NCBI GenBank assembly: GCA_026770705.1
Contig: JANJGN010000926.1
Coordinates: 124,001 to 188,000, forward strand
Reading direction: 5' to 3'
Length of the DNA stretch: 64,000 bases
DNA from: Isurus oxyrinchus
Lineage: Eukaryota
Part shown: one piece after another, positions 23,068 through 35,250 of the stretch
Layout: every line of letters begins with the position of its first letter
How positions within the stretch are numbered: the first letter of the stretch is position 1
Position numbers and translations under genes: made by a program
The notes under the pieces: generated by a model
What the model saw: only the letters and a program-made list of their open reading frames with translations
Told to the model about the DNA's origin: nothing
The model's database searches: none

Positions 23068-23880
23068 CTAACAGACAGAGAATGGATCCTTTTAGAGAAA
23101 TATAACGTGAAGCATCAGTTCAAATAGAAATCACAATCCTACAAGAGAAAGCACTTTTACAAGGATGATATCAGAACTGAGAGATTACAACGATCAGGAG
23201 AGAATTTCCTATTTTCAGACTTAGTGGAGTTTCTGTCTCTCAGATGAATTCACTTCCACTTCGAGACAATTGAATTGACAATCCCAGGTGAGGGTGGGGG
23301 AGCAGCTCACAGTTCCTGACACACTGGCTTGTTACTTTCTCCGAAATCTGCCAGATTAAAATTCTATCCTGTTCCCAGCAGGAGAGAATCCATTTGAACC
23401 AATCACTGAACCGGCATCTAAAGCAGATGATCAGGTTATTGATCACATTGCTGTTTCTGGGAGCTTCCTGTGAATAAATTGGCTGCTGTGTGTCCCATAT
23501 TACAACAAGGGCAACATTTCAAGAATTATTTCATTGGTTGTGAATCCATTTGCAATGTACAGAGGTGTTGAAAGGCGCTATAGAAATGCGAATCTTTCTT
23601 TTGTCGATATGTAAGACTGTCAAACAGGGTTAGGGAGATCGATGGGAGTGGATATCCCGAAAACATTGATGGACACAGTCAATACATTTAATCATTGATA
23701 TTAAAGTGAGTATTAGAGGTTGCTTTAGGACTGAACTGGAAGCTATAACCAGGTTATTGAGAATCAGACAGTGTGTTATAATAAGCTGTGTTTTGTGTTA
23801 ATATGTAAACGTCACAGTTTGTGTTATTTCCCATTGAGAGTTGAATGTGAATTGTTGAGTAATTATAACACAGCACTTAC

Positions 23881-24249
23881 CAGAAATGTGAAGCTGGGTT
23901 ACAGGGTAATAGTTATGGCTCGGACCATTGTCAAATTCTATTCTGAAAAAATAAGGTCCTGCATCTTCCCGTCTGATGTTGTTTATAATCAGGGAACAGT
24001 CGCCATCTTTCAGGTCTCCAGACAGCCGGGTCCGTTGGCGGAACCGTGGTAACTCGTGACTGTGATCCTTGGAGTGAAAGGCAATGGCAGCCCAGGGAAT
24101 CTGATTCTCATTATTAAACCAGACTCCACCTCGCGGTTGGTTTTCCAGACACGATGGATAACTGTAATGACAAGGAATCTGTACACATGAACCTTCCTGC
24201 GCTGTCACCTCTCGTGGAGTGTCACATTTCCACTCTTGTGAGGGTTCAA
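23881..24249 (-). CDS. Gene C V-set exon V2 (essential Arg retained; extra Cys in WKCD and YPSC)
   Basis: 369 nt, phase 1/1, open, YFFRIE motif. Confidence 0.92.
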
Positions 24250-24309
24250 CTGGGGAGAGAAATCTCAATATTTAACTCTGGATGGTTTGTGGATCCACTA
24301 GACTCAACT

Positions 24310-25105
24310 TTACAGATGAGGCTGAATTGGGGGGATGGTCAATACTGAGGAGGACGACAACAAATTATTTTGGCAGGAAGAATAGAAAAACAGGATATTA
24401 TTTAAATGGAGAGAGGCTGCAGAATGCAGTACAGAGGGATCTAGGTGTCCTTGTACATGAATCACAGAAAGTCAGCATTCAGGAACACCACGGAATGAGG
24501 AAGGCAAGTGGAATGTTGGCCTTTATTGCAAGTGGATGGAGTATAAAAGGAGGGAAGTCTTGCAACAGCTGCACAGGGTGTTAGTGAGATTGTAACAGGA
24601 TCATTGTGTACAGGCAGTTCAGAGAAGCTTCACTGGGCTGATTCCTGGGATTAAAGGGTTTGTCCTGTGAGGAAATGTTGAGCAGGTTGGGCCTGTATCC
24701 ATTGGAGTTTAGAAGAATGAGGGGTGACCTTATTGAAACATATCCGATTCCGAGGGGGCTTGACAGGGTGGATGCTGGGAGGATGTTTCCCCCTCGTGGG
24801 GGAATCTAGAACCAGGGAGCACAGTTTCGGAATGAGGGCTCCCCCATTTAAGACTGAGATGAGGAGGAATTTCCTCTCTCAGAGGGGCGCTAGCCTGTGG
24901 AATTCTCTTCCCCAGAGAGCAGTGGAGGCTGGGCCATTGAATAGACTCAAGGCTGAGTGAGGCAGGTTTTTGATCGACAAGGGGGTCAAGGGTTTGGGGG
25001 ACAGGCAGGAAAATGGAGTTAAGGCCACAACCAGATCAGCAAGAGCAGGCTCGAGGGGCTGAATGGCCTGCTCCTGTCCCTATTTCTTATGTTCCTACAT
25101 TCTTA
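24310..25105 (+). mobile_element. CR1 LINE 3' fragment (paralogous copy ~59480-60310)
   Basis: YYLNGERLQ..QRDLGVLVH and FKTEMRRNFLSQR motifs. Confidence 0.85.
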
Positions 25106-26726
25106 CCTTCTTAAAATATTAAAGCTGCAGAATAAACATGCAAGTGACTGACCCGCTCGACCCACCTTCCATCTGGGGGTCCCATGGGGAGGACCCTTCC
25201 TGAGCCAGATCCACCAGCCAACATGGTCTGGATCCGAGCACAGGAGACACGGGGGGGAGTGACTAACAGGCTCCTTGTGACAGGCCCCGTCTGTCCAATG
25301 GCTGGCTTTCAGCTGCCAAGGCCAGAGTGGTCCTTGCTAAAACCGGCTCAGGACAGGCCAGGACCCCTGTGCAGACCCCCTCCAGCGCTGCAGCCTCTGT
25401 ACAAACCCCTCATGCGCTTGTGGAGAGACACAAACAAGGCTGCACATTACCGAGGAGAATCCCCTCTACGGACTAAGGTGCTGACTCATCACCTTAAACT
25501 CAGCAAATGAGGAGGCTCTCGCTCGGTATCGGGACTTGGCATTCGCTCAATAAAAATAATCAAATTACATTTTGGTCAGAAATCTAAGGAGGTTGTACAT
25601 TCCCTCAAAAATAAGACTCGATCTGGGGTCTAGGGTCAAAGGGCAACAACTTATATTTACACAACAACTTGAACATGACAAATCACCCCAAGGTGCTACA
25701 CAGGAGCGTCATAAAACAAAGTATGTCACGCAGACACATGTGGAGATATTAGCGACAGCTGGCCAGAAGAGGACGGTGTTATGGAGAATCTTCAAAGGGG
25801 GATGAAATGGATAGTGAGAGAGAGACAGAGCGATAGAGAGAGTGAGAGAGAGGGACGAAGAGGGGTTGAGGGAGGGTATTACAGAGCTCGGGTCCCAGGC
25901 AGCTGAAGGCACGGCCGCCGATGTTGGAGTGATGGGATCGGGGGATGGTCAAGAGGCTGGAATTGGATGAGAGCAGAGACCTCAGAGGGTTGGAGGGGCT
26001 GGAGGAGGTTACAGAGATAAGGAGGGTTGTAGTGATTGGAGGAGGTTACAGAGATAGGGATGGTTGTAGAGGCTGGAAAATTTAAGAGAGATTGGGAGAG
26101 TGTAGGGTATGGAGGAGTTCGCAGAGCTAGAGAGGTTTGTAGTGGCTGGAGGAGGTTGCAGAGATTGGTAGGTTTGTTGTGCAGGATGATTTTACAGATA
26201 TAGGGAAGCAGCAGAGGCTTGAAGAGGTTACAGAGATAGGGAGGGTTGTAGGTACTGGAGGAGGACGAGGAGATTACGGAGATAGTGAGGAAACAAAGAT
26301 GAAAATTTGGACATTGAGACTTTGCTTGACCAGGAGCCAGTCTCGGTCATCGAGCAGAGCGGGTGATAAGGGAACGGGACTTGGTGTGAGTAAGGACGTG
26401 GTCAGCAGTTTTGGATGGCCTCAAGTTTATGGAGTGTAGAGCGTGTGTTGGAACAGTCGAGTCTGGAGGTAATGAAGGCATGGATGAGGGTTTCAGCAGC
26501 AGATGAGCTGAGACAGGGTGATGTCGTGCGATGTTACGGAGGTGGAAATAGACGGTGTTAGTGAGGGCGCAGATATGAGGCCGGAAGCTCATCTCAGGAT
26601 CAAATGGGACAACAAAGCTGTGAACAGTTGAAAACAAAGAAAACTGCGGATGCTGGAAATCTAAAACAAAAACAGAATTACCTGGAAAAACTCAGTAGGT
26701 CTGGCAGCATCGGCGGAGGAGAAAAG

Positions 26727-26765
26727 AGTTGACGTTTCGAGTCCTCATGACCCTTCGACAGAACT
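26727..26765 (-). ncRNA. Minimal type I hammerhead-ribozyme-like motif in the Penelope terminus (mirror copy 30379-30417, + strand)
   Basis: AGTT-CTGTCGA-A-GGGTC-ATGAG-GACTC-GAAAC-GTC-AACT: stem I, variant core, stem II, GAAA, GUC triplet. Confidence 0.65.
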
Positions 26766-27166
26766 TGATTTCGAGTCCAGGAAAGAGTTGAAATATAAGC
26801 TGGTTTAAGGTGTGTGGGGGGGGGGGGGGGGGGAAGGAGAGAGAGAGAGAGACAGAGGTGCTTGTGTAGACAAACAAGCAGTGATAGAAGCAGATCATCA
26901 AAAGATGTCAGTAACAATGGTACCAAAGAACACATAGGTGTTAAAGTTAAAGTTGGTGATATTATCTAAACGAATGTGCTAATTAAGAATGGATGGTAGG
27001 GCACTCAAGGTACAGCTCTAGTGGGGGTGGGGGGAGCATAAAGGATTTTAAAATATTTAAAAATAATGGAAATAGGTGGGAAAAGAAAAATCTATAAAAT
27101 TTATAGGGAAAAAAAAGGGGGAAAAAAAGGGGGAAACAGAAAGGGGGTGGGGATGGGGGAGGGAGC

Positions 27167-29737
27167 TCACGACCTAAAGTTATTGAATTCAATATTCAGA
27201 CCGGAAGGCTGTAAGGTGCCTAGTCGGAAGATGAGGTGTTGTTCCTCCAGTTTGCGTTGGGCTTCACTGGAACAATGCAGTAAGCCAAGGACAGACATGT
27301 GGGCAAGAGAGCAGGGTGGAGTGTTAAAATGGCAAGCCACAGGGAGGTTTGGGTCATTCTTGCGGACAGACCGCAGGTGTTCTGCAAAGCGGTCGCCCAG
27401 TTTACGTTTGGTCTCTCCAATGTAGAGGAGACCACATTGGGAGCAACGAATGCAGTAGACTAAGTTGGGTGAAATGCAAGTGAAATGCTGCTTCACTTGA
27501 AAGGAATGTTTGGGCCCTTGGACGGTGAGGAGAGAGGAAGTGAAGGGGCAGGTGTTACATCTTTTGCGTGGGCATGGGGTGGTGCCATAGGAGGGGGTTG
27601 AGGAGTAGGGGGTGATGGAGGAGTGGACCAGGGTGTCCCGGAGGGAGCGATCTCTACGGAATGCCGATAAGGGGGGTGAAGGGAAGATGTGTTTGGTGGT
27701 GGCATCATGCTGGAGTTGGCGGAAATGGCGGAGGATGATCCTTTGAATGCGGAGGCTGGTGGGGTGATAAGTGAGGACAAGGGGGACCCTATCATGTTTC
27801 TGGGAGGGAGGAGAAGGCGTGAGGGCGGATGCGCGGGAGATGGGCCGGACACGGTTGAGGGCCCTGTCAACGACCGTGGGTGGAAAACCTCGGTTAAGGA
27901 AGAAGGAGGACATGTCAGAGGAACCGTTTTTGAAGGTAGCATCATCGGAACAGATGCGACGAAGGCGAAGGAACTGGGAGAATGGGATGGAGTCCTTACA
28001 GGAAGCGGGGTGTGAGGAGCTGTAGTCGAGGTAGCTGTGGGAGTCGGTGGGTTTGTAGTGGATATTGGTGGACAGTCTATCACCAGAGATTGAGACAGAG
28101 AGGTCAAGGAAGGGAAGGGAAGTGTCAGAGATGGACCACGTGAAAATGATGGAGGGGTGGAGATTGGAAGCAAAATTAATAAATTTTTCCAAGTCCCGAC
28201 GAGAGCATGAAGCAGCACCGAAGTAATCATCGATGTACCGGAGAAAAAGTTGTGGAAGGGGGCCGGGGTAGGACTGCAACAAGGAATGTTCCACATATCC
28301 CATAAAGAGACAGGCATAGCTGGGGCCCATGCGGGTACCCATAGCCACACCTTTTATTTGGAGAAAGTGAGAGGAGTTGAAGGAGAAATTGTTCAACGTG
28401 AGAACAAGTTCAGCCAGACGGAGGAGAGTAGTGGTGGATGGGGATTGTTCGGGCCTCTGTTCGAGGAAGAAGCTAAGGGCCCTCAGACCATCCTGGTGGG
28501 GGATGGAGGTGTAGAGGGATTGGACGTCCATGGTGAAGAGGAAGCGGTTGGAGCCAGGGAACTGGAAATTGTTGATGTGACGTAAGGTGTCAGAGGAATC
28601 ACGGATGTAGGTGGGAAGGGACTGGACAAGGGGAGAGAGAAGGGAGTCAAGATAACGAGAAATGAGTTCTGTGGGGCAGGAGCAAGCTGAGACGATCGGT
28701 CTACCAGGGCAGTTCTGTTTGTGGATTTTGGGTAGGAGATAGAAGCGGGCCGTCCGAGGTTGGGCGACTATCAGGTTGGAAGCTGTGGGAGGGAGATCCC
28801 CAGAGGAGATGAGGTCAGTGACAGTCCTGGAAACAATGGCTTGATGTTCAGTGGTGGGGTCATGGTCGAGGGAGAGGTAGGAGGAAGTGTCTGCGAGTTG
28901 ACGCTCAGCCTCCGCGAGGTAGAGGTCAGTGCGCCAGACAACAACAGCACCACCCTTGTCAGCGGGTTTGATGACAATGTCAGGGTTGGACCTGAGAGAA
29001 TGGAGTGCAGTAAGTTCAGAGAGAGACAGGTTAGAATGGGTGAGAGGAGTAGAGAAATTGAGACGACTAATGTCGCGCCGACAGTTCTCAATGAAAAGAT
29101 CAAGAGAAGGTAAGAATCCAGAGGGAGGGGTCCAGGTGGAGGGAGAATATTGGAGATGGGTAAAAGGATCTGTTGAACTGGGAGAGGACTCCTGCCCAAA
29201 GAAGTGAGCCCGGAGACGAAGACGGCGAAAGAAGAGTTCAGCATCATGCCGAGCCCGAAATTCATTGAGGTGAGGGCGTAAGGGTATGAAACTAAGTCCT
29301 TTGCTGAGCACTGAACGTTCAGCATCGGAGAGGGGAAGGTCAGGGGGTATAGTGAATACACGGCTGGGGCTGGGATTGGAAGATGGGGTGGGGACGGAGG
29401 GACAGGCTGGGGTGGAGGGTCCTAGATGGGTGTTGGTGTCGATGAGTTGTTGGAGCTTGCGTTCCTTAGCAGTTGAGAGAAAGAGAAAAAGTTTCTTGTT
29501 GAGGCGTCGGATGAGCCGAAGGATAAAATGAAACTGAGGGCACGCGCAGCTTTGAAAAAGGGTACGGCGGTGCTGCTGGAGGGAAAGGTCGAGTGTGTTC
29601 ATATGGCGGCGCATGGCACTGAGTGTGGATTTCAGAATGTGACGGGAACAGCAGTCTGAGAAACGTTTTATGTCCCGGAGATACCGGTAATCCTGGGTGG
29701 GTTCGAAAGATGAGGGGTGGAATTTCAGTTGAAATCC
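27167..29737 (-). CDS. Penelope-like reverse transcriptase + GIY-YIG endonuclease (5'-truncated; frame stays open to ATG 30079 through the inverted repeat)
   Basis: KPADKGGAVV, LPKIHK, GRPIVS, QIKGVAMGT, RYIDD, NLVYCIRC..C..LYIGET...RFAEH, GLN; no stops. Confidence 0.93.
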   Translation of the reverse strand, partial: GFQLKFHPSSFEPTQDYRYLRDIKRFSDCCSRHILKSTLSAMRRHMNTLDLSLQQHRRTLFQSCACPQFHFILRLIRRLNKKLFLFLSTAKERKLQQLIDTNTHLGPSTPACPSVPTPSSNPSPSRVFTIPPDLPLSDAERSVLSKGLSFIPLRPHLNEFRARHDAELFFRRLRLRAHFFGQESSPSSTDPFTHLQYSPSTWTPPSGFLPSLDLFIENCRRDISRLNFSTPLTHSNLSLSELTALHSLRSNPDIVIKPADKGGAVVVWRTDLYLAEAERQLADTSSYLSLDHDPTTEHQAIVSRTVTDLISSGDLPPTASNLIVAQPRTARFYLLPKIHKQNCPGRPIVSACSCPTELISRYLDSLLSPLVQSLPTYIRDSSDTLRHINNFQFPGSNRFLFTMDVQSLYTSIPHQDGLRALSFFLEQRPEQSPSTTTLLRLAELVLTLNNFSFNSSHFLQIKGVAMGTRMGPSYACLFMGYVEHSLLQSYPGPLPQLFLRYIDDYFGAASCSRRDLEKFINFASNLHPSIIFTWSISDTSLPFLDLSVSISGDRLSTNIHYKPTDSHSYLDYSSSHPASCKDSIPFSQFLRLRRICSDDATFKNGSSDMSSFFLNRGFPPTVVDRALNRVRPISRASALTPSPPSQKHDRVPLVLTYHPTSLRIQRIILRHFRQLQHDATTKHIFPSPPLSAFRRDRSLRDTLVHSSITPYSSTPSYGTTPCPRKRCNTCPFTSSLLTVQGPKHSFQVKQHFTCISPNLVYCIRCSQCGLLYIGETKRKLGDRFAEHLRSVRKNDPNLPVACHFNTPPCSLAHMSVLGLLHCSSEAQRKLEEQHLIFRLGTLQPSGLNIEFNNFRS

Positions 29738-31387
29738 ACGTAAACTGGGCGACCGCTTTGCAGAACACCTGCGGTCTGTCCGCAAGAATGACCCAAACCT
29801 CCCTGTGGCTTGCCATTTTAACACTCCACCCTGCTCTCTTGCCCACATGTCTGTCCTTGGCTTACTGCATTGTTCCAGTGAAGCCCAACGCAAACTGGAG
29901 GAACAACACCTCATCTTCCGACTAGGCACCTTACAGCCTTCCGGTCTGAATATTGAATTCAATAACTTTAGGTCGTGAGCTCCCTCCCCCATCCCCACCC
30001 CCTTTCTGTTTCCCCCTTTTTTTCCCCCTTTTTTTTCCCTATAAATTTTATAGATTTTTCTTTTCCCACCTATTTCCATTATTTTTAAATATTTTAAAAT
30101 CCTTTATGCTCCCCCCACCCCCACTAGAGCTGTACCTTGAGTGCCCTACCATCCATTCTTAATTAGCACATTCGTTTAGATAATATCACCAACTTTAACT
30201 TTAACACCTATGTGTTCTTTGGTACCATTGTTACTGACATCTTTTGATGATCTGCTTCTATCACTGCTTGTTTGTCTACACAAGCACCTCTGTCTCTCTC
30301 TCTCTCTCCTTCCCCCCCCCCCCCCCCCACACACCTTAAACCAGCTTATATTTCAACTCTTTCCTGGACTCGAAATCAAGTTCTGTCGAAGGGTCATGAG
30401 GACTCGAAACGTCAACTCTTTTCTCCTCCGCCGATGCTGCCAGACCTACTGAGTTTTTCCAGGTAATTCTGTTTTTGTTTTAAAGCTGTGAACAGATTGG
30501 CTTCAATCTCAGAGAGCTGCCAGGGAGAGGAATGGAGTTGGTAGCGAGGGAACAGAGTTTGGAGCGGGGAATGAAGACAATGGCTTCAGTCTTTCCAATA
30601 TTTAATTGGAGGGAATTTCTGCCCATCCAGTACTGGATGTCGGATAAGCAGCCTGATAATTTAGCAGCAGTGGAGGAGTCGAGAGAGGTGGTGGTGAGGT
30701 AGAGCTGGGCATCCTCAGTGGACAGGTGAAAACTAACACTGTTCAGATGATGCTGCAAAGCCATTGCAAGTGATTCTCTGGCTACGATGAGATGGATAAG
30801 AATGGAGCCAGGGGAGAGCAGTCCCACCCAGCTGGACGACAGTGGAGAGGGGTTGGAGGAAGATGGTGTGGTCGAGCGTGTCAAAGGCTGCAGACAGATC
30901 GAGAAGGAGGAGGAGGGAAAGTTGACCTTTGTCACAGTCACACAGGATGCCATTTGTGACCTTGATAAGAGCTGTTTCAGCACAGTGGCTGGGGTGGGAA
31001 CCTGATTGGAGGGATTCAAACATGGAGTTCCGGGAAAGATGGGAACGGATTCGGGAGATGGAAACACGTTCAAGGACTTTGCAGGTGAAAGAGAGGCTGG
31101 AGATGGGACGGGGGTTTACACGGACAGTGTGAGGGGTGGAAGGTGTAGTGGGGAGGAGACACTTCACTCAGGGGGGAGGTGTCATCACCCCTCAGCTCGG
31201 TTTACGTTACAGCTATGATGTGGATTCAATCACACACAATAAGCTCATGGATCTGGGAGCAGAAATAAACAAATCATTAAAAATAGTGACGCTGGTTAAC
31301 ACGGTCAAAAAACAAGCAAATCAAACACTATTATTTCCCATTGAGTGTTGGATGTGAATTGTTGAGTAATTATAACGCAGCACTTAC

Positions 31388-31774
31388 CAGAAACCTGAAG
31401 CTGGGTTACAGGATAGTAGCTGTATCTATTTCTGCTGTCAAATTCTATTCTGAAATAATAATATCCTGCATCTTCCCGTCTGATGTTGTTTATAATCAGG
31501 GAACAGTCGCCATCTTTCAGGTCTCCAGACAGCCGGGTCCGATGGCGGAACCGTGTTAACTCGCGATTGTGATCCTTGGAGTGAAAAGCTATTGTCCCTC
31601 TAGACCTTGTATTCCATGTATTCCATGTGTACCATTTCACGTACCAGATTCCGACACGTGCTCTCCCTACTACACGTGCTGGATATCTGTAGTTACATGG
31701 AATCTGTACACACGAACCTTCCTGCGCTGTCACCTCTCGTGGAGTTTCACCTTTCCACTCTTGTGACAGTCCAA
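31388..31774 (-). CDS. Gene C V-set exon V1 (divergent loops, essential Arg retained in YYYFRIE)
   Basis: 387 nt, phase 1/1, open, splice sites intact. Confidence 0.92.
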
Positions 31775-32399
31775 CTGGGGAGAGAAATATCAATATTTAA
31801 CTCTGGATGGTTTGTAGATCCACTAGACTCGATATCCACCCCCTCCTTCACGGAGTCAGAGTGGCTGCAATGTGGACCATCTACAGGACACACAGGGATC
31901 TCCCCAATGTTTCACAATGGATAGAAGAGAATCCTGGACACAAAAGCGGAAATATTCATGCTACATTGGCTCATGGTCCTCAGGACCCTGTTTGTGTACA
32001 AACCTGCTCTGCAACAGAACTGAAGTTGGGGAAAATCCATTTGGAATTCCATTGTCCAGGGCATTGGGTTAACTTGCTAAGTTTGTTTTAAATCTAACAT
32101 TTATTTTTGGTCTGTTGCCTTAAAGGAAGTGTAACTGGGAGTCAGGTTAATTAGGAATTTTAGGAGTTATTATAGCAGTCATTGTAGTCTTATGTATGTG
32201 CTTGAAATCTTTTATTTTGATGACAAATATTTTAATTTATTGTTTTAAATCTCTAAATGTCTTGATGGAGTTATTGCTTCTGAATTCAGTGCACAATCAT
32301 AACAAATACAAATTGCAAAATCATTATGATAGTGTGACCAAGTTTCTCTCATGGACTTGGTCTGCCTGGCACACATCACCTGCCAAGTGATAACACTGT

Positions 32400-33707
32400 T
32401 GTAATATGCCTTTCAGGGACAGCAGCATGACATCACTCGAGGGGAAGTGTGTCATGTGATTTTTAGGAACTGGAGTTGGCTTAAGTAAGTTCGATGTATA
32501 TTTGTGTGTGTTAGGCATAAGGTCTATCTTTAAGTTCAAGTTTAGCTTGTATTTCTGTATTTGGGTGTTTAGAAAAGGGGGAACTTGACTTAAAAAGAAG
32601 CCAGCATTCCATTGAGGTTTTATGTCTGTTGAAGGGAAGTCAAAACAAATACAAGGTGTAAGAAACTGTGCTGTTGCCTAGCAACAGTGATCCAGAGGGA
32701 AGGACCCACAGAGACCGAGAAAAACAGAAAAGTACTTTCAGTTCTGTTGAAAGGAGTTGCCAGGAGAAGCAGCAAAGGAGCGGGACAGATAGTCAGTCCC
32801 AAAGTAAAGATGAAGCCAAAACTATCGAGTGGAACAGGAGAAAGGGCCCAAGAAAACCTTCTAGTCAAATCTGGAAAAGGCCCTGTTAAGTGAAGTTAAG
32901 AGTGAGGAGCGGACAAAGGCTTCAAGCTTAAAGGAAGAAGCAGCAGGACACAGACCTAAAGCAAAATAGGCTTGTGAGAAGCCAGAAGATCCTAGGAGAC
33001 ACCACAGGTTGGTGACTCATTACTACGGCCATGTGAAGCCATGGTGTTCCATTGACACGGCTGAGCATTGGAGAGACAGGGCGTGGAAGGAAGGCTGAAT
33101 GCACGTGGCGATCCAGGGGGCAGGAACATGGGAAGGAGAGTTTGAAATAGTGAAAGTGGTCCCTTGTGGAAGGTGCCTGAGTGAAAGTGTCATGTTGGAG
33201 AAGATTCCAAAGTGTGTTCTTGGAGAGTGGAGATTGGAAACCCTCATATGGATATCTCAGTTCAGTGAGACTGGTTGGCTCACAGTGTAACAAGCGTCTG
33301 GGGACAGCTGAGGAGAGAACCATAGCATTTGTTTCAAGTGGGCTCTGTCACTTGGTTTAAGAGTGTGGTGTCCCTGACCACAGGTCGTCTATTGGTTTAC
33401 ATGGACTGTGTACTTAGTGTGAACATGATAGTATAAGATAGTTATTGTAACTTGTGTTATCTTTGTGAATCTGTATATATCTGCAAAGATATAGGTCTGG
33501 GTGAAGGAGTAATGTAATATAGTTTGTCTTTCCTAGTTTAATAAATGTTTTATTCTTTTGTTAGAAGTTCATCAGATGATTCCTGTGACTCTGTTCAGTA
33601 GCCGCACTCCACATTCCTAAATAAAAAATAAAAGTTAGGACCTATCAAGCTGAGTTCCACCCTGGGATCTGACTTGCCCAGTAGTAACATCAGCTGGGAT
33701 GATAACA
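32400..33707. mobile_element. Solo-LTR-like element (partial copy from ~63618 to window end)
   Basis: TGT...ACA ends, AATAAA near 3' end, no coding capacity. Confidence 0.4.
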
Positions 33708-34499
33708 CCATCCAGTCCAAGTTTCACTTTGGCCTGTGAGCAGAACACAGCTCACACAGTTTGGCTGCAGGTGTCTCCCAGCTTTCTATCTTTGTATATC
33801 TGTTCTCATGTCCCCGTTCTAAATAAATGAACCCACAATGTATTTACCCAATTCCGAATCAGTGGCTGGTGCCTTTATATCATTATAAAAACACAGCATG
33901 GTGATCAGCGGTGGCCAAACATTCTGGCAGCAAGATTCAGTACAGGTATGACGTGGTGAACAGCCTTAGATCGAGCTACATGACATGAGATGACCCTCGA
34001 CGCTTTGGTCAGACCACAACAGAGACAAAGCATCAGAGAGGGTTGAAATCGCAGTGTACTGACTGCTCAGGAAACCTTTGAAGACACAGTGACGGGAAAG
34101 AGCTCAAGTAAAGAGCTGGGGAGCAGACGGATCCCTCGTGGTGAGATTACAGCACACGGCCTGTAGGTCAGTGAGTGGGACAGTGCGTATCGCCAGGACC
34201 AGCAGCGGGTTAGCTCAGTCAGGGAAGGCGAATGACCAGGGTGTGGGCTGGATTGATAGTGAGCGAGGGAGAGTCAAACACACAAAAACCATTATAAAAA
34301 TCAGCCCAGAGAAGTTAGTGATTATAACGGGCGGCTTCGAGATTGCTGAACAGCAAATTGAATAAAAAACAAAGACTCCATTACTCCGTGGTGTGTTCCT
34401 GCCACAACCCGTCTTCGTGGGCGGAGCTTCGGAAAAGCACGTGAAAGGGGCTAAAGCGACACTCATCCCAGGTCCTGTAGGAGAAGGAAGGTCAAAGGA

Positions 34500-35250
34500 A
34501 TATTGTCAGAATGTCCACGAAATTCCCCAGTTTGAACTGGGATGTAGCTGACCGACTATCTGAATTCAGAATGTTTAAACAGCGTACAGAGCTCTGGTTT
34601 CCTGATTCAGCTGTGACTGAACCAGACGGGCAAGCCATGAAAATTCACCTCGCGATTGGGAATGAAGGTCTACACAGGCTGAACACGTCAGGATTAACAG
34701 CAGAAGAGCGAAAGGATCCCCAATAAATATGGACGACATTGGAAGACAGGTTCAGAATCAGGTGAAACTCCATATTCATCAACTAGAGTTTATGTCATTT
34801 CATCAGCCTACACAATCCATAGACCACTTCATCAGCCGATGTAGAGAAAAGGGTACGCACTGTGATTTCAAACACAGAGCCTGCAGACAGAGTTGTTGAG
34901 TTGGTGATCGCTTCCATTGCCATGGAAGCCTTCCAGAAAGATCTGCTAGATAAGACCAAAACCTATAGCATTGAAGAGCTACTCAAGGATGGACATAAAT
35001 ACGAAGTAATCCTCGCAGGTCAACGAAGCTTACAGGTCCTCAGTACAACATCAATTGTTGACACACTCACTAGAACATCCAAACCTAGTGAGACGTGTGG
35101 AAGGTGTGGCCTTCTGCAGGCACCAAGGAAATGCCCAGCTTTCCACCAATCCTGCAAGGCTTGTGGCAGAAAGGGCTATTGACAGCGGCAGGGCACTAGA
35201 GCAAAGGCTGATGCAGTTACAAAGAGCCGTGCGCTGATCCAAACAGACCC
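34500..35250 (+). mobile_element. Degenerate Gypsy-type gag with zinc-knuckle remnants
   Basis: FRMFKQRTELWF...IHLAIGNEG and CGRCG...CPAFHQSCKACGRKG; stops and frameshifts. Confidence 0.65.

Larger units (their letters stand above)
26628..30481 (-). mobile_element. Young Penelope-like retroelement with inverted terminal repeat and 14-bp TSD AAAGCTGTGAACAG (26614-26627 / 30482-30495)
   Basis: RT plus GIY-YIG ORF; 26662-27407 is the reverse complement of 29738-30482; single-copy empty site at 61706-61719. Confidence 0.95.
26290..31150 (-). mobile_element. Old L2-clade LINE remnant interrupted by the Penelope insertion (uninterrupted copy ~61400-62380)
   Basis: QSG...HCAETALIKVTN...LLDLSAAFDTLDH and LQLNIGKTE RT motifs. 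Confidence 0.8.

Noticed and set aside
27066-27425. Plus-strand 119-aa ORF and other ORFs overlapping the Penelope element
   Set aside because: Antisense or alternative frames of the element, duplicated by the inverted repeat
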